Notes under the pieces: generated by a model
Databases searched by the model: none
Seen by the model: only the letters and a program-made list of their open reading frames with translations
Told to the model about the DNA's origin: nothing
Position numbers and translations under genes: made by a program
From: Atractiella rhizophila
Taxonomy: Eukaryota
Length of the DNA stretch: 64,000 bases
Direction: 5' to 3'
NCBI GenBank assembly: GCA_021432655.1
Contig: MU271292.1
Coordinates: 1-64,000 of the forward strand
Part shown: positions 11,801-22,740 of the stretch, piece by piece
How positions within the stretch are numbered: the first letter of the stretch is position 1
How the letters are laid out: the number at the start of each line of letters is the position of its first letter

Positions 11801-12311
11801 TACCCTACCTCTAGTTCGCCTTCAGTGACCAAGAAAGCCACACCAGTTTCCACCCCAGCTTTGAGTGGGAGCAAACGCCATCGCCTTCTCCCGAATTTCT
11901 AACATGGTGCAGAGAAGCATTGAGAAGCTTGACTGTCAATGGTTTGTACTCCCCTCCACCGCAGCGGCTGTTGATTTGATTCTCCAGTGGACGGCTTCAT
12001 TTCAAATGCTGCTCGATTTCCCTCTAGACCCTGCATCTTACCACTTGGAACTTATTTTCGGACAGTGTCTACGAGAACCCAACGTCATTAGAGGGAGGGT
12101 GTTTGCCAGTGATTTCGTTACCAAAAGGAAAGCTGACGCACGCGCGAGGATCCCGAAAGGTAGTTCTATTGCTGGTAACACCAACAATGGGAAGACAACG
12201 GGGACAATCGCTGGCGCTCTGAAGGGCGTGCCGAGAAAGAGCAGTCAGGAGTGGAACGTCAACGCCAAGTTCAAAGTCGTGACACCAAAGCAAAAGAAGG
12301 GGAAGCGATGA
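8850..12311 (+). pseudogene. Degenerate GYF-domain protein (Smy2/GIGYF-like)
   Basis: 9562-9650 translates as WQYRDPKGQV*GPFSTTQM*DWYWCSYFP (GYF domain with two in-frame stops); later segments KSLMEIQQEEE, PSPEFLTWC and QMLLDFPLDP...FASDFVTKRKAD lie in shifting frames. Confidence 0.8.
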
Positions 12312-13329
12312 AACGGGGAGAAGCAGGAGAGATCATCCACATCGCTGTGGAGTTCTGAAATGGATAATGTTGTCGTTCTACATGATATTTGTCGATTTAA
12401 GTGGGAAGGAAGGATCATAGTGCAACAAATTCCTACTCTCATCGTAATTCTCAATGACTCAGGAGTCAACGGTCGTCTCGGAATCGAAAATGGAGGCTAT
12501 TAAGTCTATCAGAGGACCTGTTCCCACTCCCGCAGCTTCATCCGTTTCCCTGGAGCCTTACTGAGAGCGAGCGTCATGCTGCTCCCCCCCCCAAGACCCT
12601 CGTTTGGTGTTGGAGTTTGCTCCATGTGATCCCCTCAGCCTTTACTGGACAACTTAACAGGATGTGTCTCACCTGCACATTATTACAGAAATTCTGCCGC
12701 GTCCCCTCCGATTGTGCGTCAGTCTCACCTGCAGAGCTTTCCTTTTCTTGACTAAATTGTCAGCATCAGCATGGCAGGTCAAATTCTCAAACCTCACAAC
12801 CTCACGGAAATACAAACGTCTGCGGCGTTTCCAAGTTGAAAAGCAGCGATCGTTTTCTCCATCCCTGATTTCGATGAATAAGAAATAAGATTCACGACGT
12901 TACTCTTGCTTGTCCATCCGTGCTTACCCACGCAAAGGACAAACTAGAGAAATTTTTCATCTTGCCCCGTGGAAAGAGGAGCAACCTTGGCGCATAGTTC
13001 GGTGGCAAACGCTTTTGTGTCCTGGTGAAGCTACTTCAGACCGGCTGGTGACAAGGATAGAGCTTACCCACTATTCGACGGCCGTAGAATATTTGACATT
13101 CGCTATCGTGAGGCTACGCAGTAATATTTTATTTCAACTTTCAACATGATTCATGGATCCCGTTGCGATCAAGCTAAGTTCCCGATTAGGTATCCCCTTG
13201 AGGTCGAATTTGTACCGTAAGCTCGCCTTGCGACACCTGGTATCCGGTCTGATCCCAATCGTTAGACCCTACTTGTAGAGGTGCGTACTTGCTAGCCGAG
13301 AACTTTCAGCACTGATGACAACATCCGGG

Positions 13330-13800
13330 CCGTCATCAATTTCTTCCCCGTCAGTGCAATCGTTCGCCGACGAGACGAAGGAGCACAACATTTCATCGTC
13401 AAGGTAGTTGAAGAACCCGATTATGAAGCAAGGGAGATCCACTGTTTCTTGCATCCATTGCAGACCCGAAAAGTCATACCATCAAGATCATGGAACTTTT
13501 GGAAAGTGGAGGCTATCAAATCCTTGTTCTTCCACTCGGCACTCCTCTTCGCGCTCTCGAAAGTCAACTTGATGCTGCCCTCGCGATCTCCCTATGCGAG
13601 CAACTCCTTGAAGGGGTTTGTGCACTTGGATTTGAAACCCGCAAGTCTCGTTGTCACGTGTGATACTCTCCAAATCACTGACTTTGAATTTACTTTGTCC
13701 CAGTTGGCTCCGATACAATATTGACAGGTTTCAGAGGGACAACAACGTGGGTTACCCCCGAAGTTGGGAAACTAACCATCCCTGTCGATCTTTGGGCAAC
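13330..13800 (+). pseudogene. Protein kinase-like fragment
   Basis: GFVHLDLKPASLVV...LQITDFE catalytic-loop and DFG-like motifs within broken frames. Confidence 0.5.
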
Positions 13801-14209
13801 TGGAAGCATTATGTTTTGTTTCTTTGGTGCATCCCTCCCAGCTGGCCACTAACTTTTGGAGCTTGGAACTTGCAGGGAAATTGACCTCCCCTGATCCGAT
13901 AACGCGACCACGCCGTCGAGTTCGGGCTACATTGTTCGCTTCTTGTTGATCACATCTCTTTTTGGTTCTCTGTTCTGCACAGATCGATCCCTTAATGGAT
14001 TACCTCTTGTCCGTTTTTTTTCTGTACGACAGTCATGTATTGGAAGTAGCTTGAGCCAAAATAAAATCAAACACAGTCGGGCCATGAAGTTCGAAGTTGG
14101 GTTGCACCTAAGTGCTAACCATCCGCTGCTCACTCGCCCCTCCGGGCCGCTGACTGAGAAAGTCATATTACAGATGAAATCCCCACAAAACCCATCTTCC
14201 CTCCGCATC

Positions 14210-16120
14210 ATGACCTTGCAACCTACGTGGTATGGCCACATATTTGACCTCGACGACGTGCAGAAGGTCGTACATGCTTGCGTCCAAGGGTTGCTCGTTG
14301 ATATCCCTAGAAGATTGGACGAGCGGGAGATGGAAGAGATAATCCAGCACGGCAGCGTTTTCGTTTTTGAGGAAGGCAAGAGCGGGATGACACAGTGGAC
14401 CGATCATTCAAAAGTGAGAAAGTTACTAACCCAAAGAAACTAACTCGCACTGATTCATCCATATCGACAGTATGAACAGCCAAGAAGGGCAGGCATTTTC
14501 CTCACTTGCACCGAACGCGATTCTCCAACCGGCTCTTTTCCTCTCACCAAAGCCTACATCTGCATTCAACCAGCCACTTCTCCAGCCGAGCGGTGGCACC
14601 TCGTCGCGTACTACAACTGGCATTATAACAATCTTCCGCAAGTCCGTCGCGATCCTTTGTTTCATAGAGTCATTGTGACGGAGGAGATGTACTTCGTGGA
14701 CTGGTCGCGGACCCTTTACGGGATAGGCATTACACCAAGACCTCTGATTATCTGGATGCCAAACGAACTACTGTTCCAGATCCTTAACCTTCTCCTACCT
14801 CAAGTCACTCATGTGGAGGATCTCAATCAAGAGTTTATCACACAATTTTCCATCTTTCGGCAGGTTTGCTCTGGATTTAGCAAACTCGCGCTCCGAGTCC
14901 TAGCAAGTTACAGTGATCAATTTGAAGAATCGTTCTCCTCCCATGCTCTTAACATTAGATACCTCAGGAACATGGCGATGGAATATGGGTTTATGAAATG
15001 GAAGAAAGGCCAGATATTTAATTTAGGTCTTCCTCTTCAACCCTCTCGCAGGTCTTATCCTGAATTGCTGCAGGCTGTTCGGTCATATTCAGGCAGGTCA
15101 AATGTGCAGATCCACAATCTTCCATGGACATGTGTTAATCTAGAGGGCATATTGGAAACAATTTCTTCGTACCAACCAGCATCTTTGAAGCTTTTTTTCA
15201 CGAAACAACATGTAGAATTATCTCTGCAGGAAATACTTGCTCTGCTCTCAGGCAAGGTCAGTAATGTCACCCTATCTGGGCTAATTCCGTCGCCCGCCCA
15301 GTGCCTTGCAAGTGAAGGAATATTTCTTCCCCATGAAAGCCTTGCTTTGCTTCAGTGTAACCTTTGTGATGAAGACCTCTATGACATCCAAGGCAAACAA
15401 AACATGCGAACACTCATATTCAGCTCATTTCATCCGTTACTTACCACAAATGGCCTTTGTCATCTCTTGAGGATTATGAACCCAAGTCACCTTTGCTGTG
15501 CTGTTCAGCAGCCTTCACATTGTGATGCCAGTCACCCACTCTCCCCCATAGAAAGATATCTTCACTATGACCTCCTTCGTGTACCGTCTGAGCATCAGTC
15601 CTCCAAGCTCAAAACACTTTACCTCGATGGAGGAACTGAGCATTCGAATATTACATCAGATAGATTTCTGACGGTTGACTTTGATTGGTATCACCTGTCA
15701 GAGCTTGTTTTACTTTACTGCCACTTTCCGGCCAGCACACTATTCGACTTCCTGCACATTGTCACTCGAACCCACCGCAGATGGCGCATCAAACCTTTTG
15801 TTATGCAGTTAAAGCCATTCTTCGGAGACTCTGATTTTTCTGCCTTTTGGTTCTCCGAGGTGCTTGGTACATTCCAGACCTCCGTGGCAGTGATAGCATC
15901 TTCTGCAGACTCATTCAACGAAAGGTACAGGAACAACTCCAGATATCCGCTTCAGTATGATCCCTCAATATCGGGATCAGAATTTAGCGTGCTGGGCATT
16001 CAAGACTTTTCTGTCTGGAACGGTTTCCCAGTCGATCTTTGGATTATTGATCAAGATGACGCACCGGGCAATGAGGGATCCCTCCTTTTTTGGGAGAATT
16101 TCAACGCCAACAAGCAATAA
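14210..16120 (+). CDS. Gti1/Pac2 (WOPR) domain fused to F-box and LRR-like region; 2 exons (14210-14413, 14471-16120), ~617 aa
   Basis: Exon 1: PTWYGHI...IPRRLDERE..IIQHGSVFVFEEGKSGMTQWTD. A 57-bp phase-0 GT-AG intron follows. Exon 2 is open through LTKAYICI...WHLVAYY...DPLF into the F-box WMPNELLFQIL...FRQVCSGF. Confidence 0.75.
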
Positions 16121-16274
16121 CAAGTTGTTGAGGTTGTCTGAGTCTACATCTGTTAGAACATCTTGCAGTAACAGGATTAAGAATGGATTGTAGCTTGTAG
16201 GGAAGATTCATTGTGGATACTTCTGCCCAACATTTTAGATGAACCAGGCAATATGATGAATCTTATTATTTATG

Positions 16275-18253
16275 CTACTAACAGTACTCTGGCTACATCC
16301 TTGCCTCCTGGCTGCCCAGGGTACAACCCTGCCTGTGTCAGGAAGACACCTGGCTGAATCTTTACCTTCCGGCTCAAAACCTCCCCAGTCGATAGGTTAT
16401 CAACACAGGAGCGGAGGGGTCACTGCAGGGCAATTTTGTTGAAAACGTCCCCAGTCGATAGGTGTTAGGGCTGACACTATGTGCGGTCGCCGATAGGCGA
16501 TGCGTCTGTAGTGGAGATAAACCTAAGTGCATGATATGACATGAAGACTAACCTGTAGTGGAGATAAACCTAAGAGAATACTCTAAGGTCACCTCCACTA
16601 CTCTCTGATCTATATATACAAGTGGAATAACACTGCCACAGAGCGTAGAGGAGAGCAGATGAAACATGTAAGAGAACTAAAAGGGGAAGTGACAGTGGGA
16701 TTACACGGGGTTAATAAGAGGAGGATAGGCACAACTGGGCTAAGTGGTGATGTAGGTGCAAATGGGCGACCGGAGACGCAGTGGCGAACGGGCGCCGATT
16801 CGCAGGGAATGCAAATGGGCGATAGGAGACACAATCCGGCGAACGGGCGCCGATTTGCATAAGATGCAAACCTGACAATAGGTTATCAACACAGGTGTAG
16901 AGGGGGTGTGGAAAGTGCAATTTCGCTCCAAACGTCCTAATCTTTAGCTTATCACTAAAGGTAGCTAGTGAGGACGTGGAGACAAAGTTCAGATATACTT
17001 GCAATTTCCGTACGAATGATATATCCCTCCCACAGAGATGCTGCAGCTCCATATGCTTGACATGATAAAATGTTCCCACAACCACCCTCATGAATGCAAG
17101 TTTTACATTCTCGCTCTTACTCATGTTACATTTACTAGTAGATGTGAAAATAACAAAGGGTTCAGAATAGCATAACATGCGCTTATCTTTATGTGAAATC
17201 TTTCAGCCATGATCTTATTTATGGGCACTAACATCATTATTAACCATCTGTTTATCGTCATCTTGACCGTAATGATTGAAAACAAGCTCTTTAATTGGTC
17301 ACATTGTTAATCATTCTTAACACGTTTTTATTTTAATTGTAGTACTATTTTCAAGGGCTCCATTATCTTGATCATTGGTTATACATTCAAGTTTGTGTAT
17401 ACACCAAATTGGTTCTACACAATGCGGCCCCTCGATTGCTCACAGCTACATCCAATGCCTGCACTACCTTCAGCATGGTATCAATCTGTCCATGCTCATA
17501 ATCACTCTTAAGCGGCTGCCTGGCTGAGTTTCATGAAATATTGGTTCTCAGTCCCATCTTCACCTCCATACATGGTATCGATAACCTATCGACATGGGAC
17601 ACTTTCAACAAAATTGCACTCCTCAGACCCCTCTATACCTGGTGTCGATAATCTATCGATCTGGCGCAGTTTCGCCAAAATTGCATTTATCGTTAATAAT
17701 GTATACAGAATACATATCTAAACCGTTATAAATTAATTTTGCAACTTTGAATGTACTTTGTTCAATAGGAGATGTATGCTAAATATGAACCAGAGCTGTC
17801 GAATGAAGCAACATTTCAATGGATAAGTGATTTAAGATGTGTCTTAAGGAGGACATTGCCTGTGCCTATGAGTGTTTATGTGTACATGACATTTTGACTG
17901 GATTGTTATTCCTATATATGGCAGGGTTCTACCCTGGTTGACTAAGAGCCAACAATTTCATGATGATGCTGTTTTATTGGAGGCAGGGTCATACCCTGGA
18001 TGCCTAGGAGGCAAGGATATAGCCAGGATCCTGTTCATGACAGAGGCAGGGTTGTACCCTAGGCAGCGAGGAGGCAAGGATGTAGCAGGATCCTGTTCCC
18101 GACAGCATCAGGGTCGTACCCTAGGCAAGGATGTAGCCAGGATCTTGGTCATGACAGAGGCAGGGTTGTACCCTGGGCAGCCAGGAGGCTGGGATTCAGC
18201 CAGGATCTCGTTCCTGACAGAGGCAGGGTTAAACCCTAAAGTACTGTTAGTAG
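16275..18253. mobile_element. Non-autonomous element with 14-bp terminal inverted repeats and mirrored subterminal repeat arrays
   Basis: CTACTAACAGTACT at 16275-16288 and AGTACTGTTAGTAG at 18240-18253; ~62-bp repeat at 16289-16350 (minus) and ~6 copies at 17920-18237 (plus); a second ~65-bp repeat at 16383-16940 is mirrored at 17575-17685; AT-rich non-coding core; no TSD seen. Confidence 0.75.
16463..16877 (-). mobile_element. Solo LTR (415 bp) nested in the TIR element
   Basis: TG...CA termini; 5-bp TSD ATAGG (16458-16462, 16878-16882); near-identical reverse complement of 20552-20966. Confidence 0.93.
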
Positions 18254-18874
18254 CGTTTCCACCATCTCATATTCGCTGGGGATCAGCTCACACAGAGTAC
18301 ACTGATGTGCCTGACAGCTCTCTCATCCCCCCTCAACAAGGGGACTGGTATACCCCAGAAGAGTTGAAGGAGGTGGGGGGACAACGGAAGGCTTCGAAAA
18401 AGGCAGCGCTTAAGAAGAGGTTGAATATGATGGATGAGAGAAATGCTTTTGTTCAGAAGAACGACAAGGTGGTCTTAGTGTCGTTTTGGAGCTCTGATAG
18501 ATATTGATTGCTGATGTTGGTGTCAAGTTGATTACAACACCATGCTTTCCTCAATGTCTTGGGGCGAAATTGCAATGCCATTTCTGTCAGTCTCTCTTCT
18601 TCTGGGCAAGACAAATGCATGAATAGTTCACAACCTTATCGATGCCTCTTTGCTTTCGCTTTGATTTGATGAAGAGAGAATCAGTCGAAAGGCTTGACTC
18701 ACAACTCCATGCGACAGCATTTGTGTAATACCGTTGAGGATGAAGAATGCAGAAATGGGCACAGGATCCCACGGCGCAAGCATTGACACAAGAGGAAGAT
18801 TGGTGGGAGGCGCAATGTCCTTGGGGGTGAAGATGCAGAGAAGTTCGTGATCTCGGTTGGGGACCACGCAATAC

Positions 18875-19364
18875 TGTCAGGCTTGCCCCTACGCATTACC
18901 GAAATGTACCATTCGGAGTCACGTGACCTACTTCAGTACATCGTAGGATCAAGTGCCTACACGTCGCCACTTTGCGCACGTTCGCGCTGACCGCCGCCTT
19001 CTCCCATCTCACTCGAATCGCCGCTCAGCAAACCTTATACATTTCTCCGGTCTGCACCGTCGCCATTATTGCCTTGTTATCTTTTCTCACTTGTACTGCT
19101 CAGTATATCTTATTTCCGAGTATTCCCTTTATTGCTTTCCTGATCTAGCTATCTTACATGTTTCAAGAAACTTATGTTACAGTTTATGGCAGTGCCTTGG
19201 CATATGTATATATACATTGAGATGTAGTGGTGGTGACCTCAGAGTATTCTCTTAGGTTTACCTCCACTACAGGTTAGTCTTCTCATGCTATACGATTCTC
19301 TTAGGTTTACCTCCACTACAGACGCATCGCCTATCGGCGACCGCACATAGTGTCAGCCCTAACA
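18875..19364 (+). mobile_element. Solo LTR (490 bp), related family
   Basis: TGTCAGG...CCCTAACA termini; 5-bp TSD AATAC on both sides; last ~130 bp shared with the 415-bp LTR. Confidence 0.9.
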
Positions 19365-19639
19365 AATACCTTTCAGATTGCAATTCTAATGATTTACCCT
19401 CACAGTACCAGTAATGTTACCTACCCCAATTGAAACCAAACCTCAGTTTTGCAGCCTGCCGCCTCCACTTCCCTTCATATTATTGATCAACATCTTCAAT
19501 GTTTTTTTCCCCCTCGACGGACTTGTCAACATCAAAGACCACCAATTACAATGACATTTGGCTATGGTATAACATAGCAAGCTTCATGCCTTCCATGGAG
19601 GCGTTCATGTGTACAACCTAAAATAATGCTCTGAGGATT

Positions 19640-20966
19640 TAACCATTCTCTCCGGAATTGGTGAATGGAAGTGAAGAATGGGAAGTGGAAAAAATTGTCG
19701 ATGGAAAATGGTTCGGTACCCAAAATAGAGTTTTCAAATATCGCGTTCGATACAGACGGTATTCACCATCTGAGGACGAGTGGATCAACATCGCAGATCT
19801 AGAAAATTCGCAGGATGCTATAAAAGTCTATCACACTGCACACCCTCTTGCAGTTCGTCCCAATTCCATACCGAACTCCGCAAAAAATCGCCTAAATGCG
19901 CGTTTTCGTAACCTTCGCCTAAATGCGCGTTTTCGTAACCTTTGACGAAAACGCGCTGAAGGGTCTTCCTCACTTTAAGAGGTCCAACACCCCTATATGC
20001 CTTGCCGGATGAAATCCTAGTCTTTGATACTTAGGTCAAGGCAAGGCGCCGACCTGCTCCTCAACGGACAAGTCGGCGACTTGGTCATTGGTGAGTCCAT
20101 TCGTTGCCCGTCAAAGACGAATGCTCATAGTGTTCTCGCACCATCACCAATGTCGCATTTACGAAAATTGCCCTCAATCGCAAGGTCCCCTCCCCCTCAC
20201 TTTAAGAGGTCCTACTCCTCTACACGCCTCACTGGGTGAATCCCTAGTCACATTGTTGAACATAGGTCTAGGCGAGGCGTCGGTCAGTTCCTCAACGGAG
20301 AGATCGGAAACCGGTTTGTTGGTGAGTTGTCCAGCCCGTTTTCGCAGAATGGACACTTATTACACCAAAACAACACCTGGTCAACTTTGAAAAAATTCCT
20401 CAAATTGTGAGGTACACAGTGTCTCTTTGCTCCAACAATTTCATCTCTGTCCAAGCAGCAGCTGGTACTTCAGGCACTTTTCGCAAAATTGGCAAACCTG
20501 ACGAAGCAGAAGTTTCTGCTTACTGCAAGCACCACAGAAACTGGGGGGTGTTGTCAGGTTTGCATCTTATGCAAATTGGCGCCCGTTCGCCGGATTGTGT
20601 CTCCTATCGCCCATTTGCATTCCCTGCGAATCGGCGCCCGTTCGCCACTGTGTCTCCCGACGCCCATTTGCACCTACATCACCACTTAGCCCAGTTATGC
20701 CTATCCTCCTCTTATTAACCCCGTGTAATCCCACTGTCACTTCCCCTTTTAGTTCTCTTACATGTTTCATCTGCTCTCCTCTACGCTCTGTGGCAGTGTT
20801 ATTCCACTTGTATATATAGATCAGAGAGTAGTGGAGGTGACCTTAGAGTATTCTCTTAGGTTTATCTCCACTACAGGTTAGTCTTCATGTCATATCATGC
20901 ACTTAGGTTTATCTCCACTACAGACGCATCACCCATTGGCGACCGCACATAGTGTCAGCCCTAACA
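19640..20966 (+). mobile_element. 3' remnant of a Ty3/Gypsy chromovirus: integrase chromodomain, 3' UTR, G-rich PPT-like tract and 3' LTR (20552-20966)
   Basis: EEWEVEKIVD...YRVRYRRYSPSEDEWINIADLENSQDAIKVY chromodomain at 19658-19945; GGGGGG just before the LTR; the LTR has no TSD, as expected for a 3' LTR. Confidence 0.85.
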
Positions 20967-21483
20967 GTTGACTTGGCTGTTGTTACACGCTTTGGAGTTG
21001 GTCGCACAGAGATATTACAACAACTTGGGCATGTTCGACTAGCTCACATGTAGCTGATGGAAACTCCTGGGGGGCAGGGGTGTGAAGGCAGTGCTTCTGA
21101 GTCTGCGTGTATGCCACGGGAAGGAGGGCATCGGGTATCCTTAGGTATCCTTGTCGTTGTGCAGGTGCAGAGAAATACGAGTGGGGGAGACTCGATGGGA
21201 GGGAAAGAGGATACAGCACTGACATGTACTGACACGTACTTGACATGCTCGCTGGAGAAATTCGAACTAAATGGAAATGGATCGACATTTTGTTTACCAC
21301 AATCATCGTCAGGGAAAGAGAATGAAATGGAAAAAACTCGTAACCAGAACTTTGCCATTGTGGAATGAACGACCTAGGAGAGTGACATTACAGAGGAGTC
21401 AGATGTACTTGGAACACATTTCTTCGAACATCCTCCCAATTGATGAAACATTTCGCATTGGATCCAGAATCTTTGAAGAAGGA

Positions 21484-21867
21484 TCAAGTCAAAAGCAAAG
21501 TCTCAAACGGCACATCCGCCAAGCCGGCATCTTTCAGGAGGCCATTTCTGACCTTGTTTTTCTCGGAATCAGTCTCAGAAAAACCTGGACCCTTCAAAGG
21601 CCAATCACTCCGGCTCGCTGGGATGCTTCTGGTGATGAGCAGAAAGACTATATCTTCGGGTCGAGTTTTTGTTTTGTCCGGATGAGGGAAGAGGTATATC
21701 ACTAGGTGGGATAAATTGTTCCTACGAGCCCAACTATTGAACTCGGCAGGATAGAGCCATGACCCCCGACCTGCGACCGCCGAGTAGACACCGCAGAATT
21801 TGAGGAGTTGGACCACTTGTACTTCGGTTAGAAGGTAGCCACCGCATAGGTACGGTCCGAACCCCAT
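21484..21867 (-). CDS. Hypothetical protein
   Basis: 127-aa ATG-initiated ORF with no recognised motif. Confidence 0.25.
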   Translation of the reverse strand: MGFGPYLCGGYLLTEVQVVQLLKFCGVYSAVAGRGSWLYPAEFNSWARRNNLSHLVIYLFPHPDKTKTRPEDIVFLLITRSIPASRSDWPLKGPGFSETDSEKNKVRNGLLKDAGLADVPFETLLLT

Positions 21868-22559
21868 TGCTATGTCACACCAGTCAGACTTACTACACCG
21901 ATGCTTAGAGACTATTTACCACTGAAAACTTATGAGATATCAGGATAGCGAGAATAAATGGCCGTCGAGGGACTAAAACTCGCAAGGTAGTGAGGATGTG
22001 TTAGAACAAATGGTTATGACGCTAAATAAATGAATTATAGGTTGTAGTTTATGTCAGTTGACTCGTATGGCAATGCTTACATTATTCCCGATTTTGTCGT
22101 TGTAAAGACCTGCTGCAACCTAAAGGATGACACTATCTTGATGGTCGTGGAGGTTAAGAATTCAAGCGCTGCACCTGAACACGTCGCTGAGTAGAGTCAT
22201 TTTTAGCAGATCAGCACCAGTTATACACAATAGGGTTATCGATTGATAAGTCACGTTAGATACTTGTGTCAAGTTACACCTGGCTCTGGGGAAGTAGAAA
22301 GTCTAATTGACAAATCTGGGTTTAAGAGAGAGACCTATCAAGTCATCAAAGATGTTGCTGTGAACAATTGTTGTTTGTTGTTGCCCGCTCAAGTTCAGTT
22401 TGCGCCTTGTCTCTGCTTCTTATCTAGCTTTTAATCTACACACTGTTGTTGTACTTGTACGAAATTACAGTCATGTAGTGTTCGGGTTCAGTCCCAGCCT
22501 CCCGAGCAGAAGCGCGATCTATCTGCCAGTAGAGATACCAATATCGCAAGGACGAAGGA

Positions 22560-22740
22560 CCTTGTCTTCTGGCACGTCGACGTCATACACCCTTACAATG
22601 AACGACGAGCTAACTCTCAAGGTCGGAGACGAAATCAAGGTAAAGGTTGTCTATGCTGGCGCACGATGTGTGGGTACGACGTTGAAGGAAGGAACAATGG
22701 AGTCTGGCGTCGAGCGGAAAGGGGCATTCTCGTCTGTGTC
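22560..22740 (+). pseudogene. Degenerate SH3-like domain fragment (second copy near 25840-26015)
   Basis: YTLTMNDELTLKVGDEIKV....G...RKGAF resembles an SH3 domain lacking the conserved Trp. Confidence 0.4.

Noticed and set aside
16276..16284. TACTAACAG read as an intron branch point plus acceptor
   Set aside because: It lies downstream of stop codons, is part of an inverted terminal repeat, and has no matching donor or following exon
16463..16470. TGTTAGGG at the LTR end as telomere targeting
   Set aside because: A single hexamer within the normal TG...CA terminus; the insertion sites (ATAGG, AATAC) are not telomeric repeats
17938..18507. 189-aa ORF crossing the element's right end
   Set aside because: Mostly a translation of the 62-bp subterminal repeats; the part after 18253 may be a gene fragment but cannot be identified
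20498..20525. CTGACGA followed by a hairpin, as a hammerhead ribozyme
   Set aside because: No GAAA core after the stem
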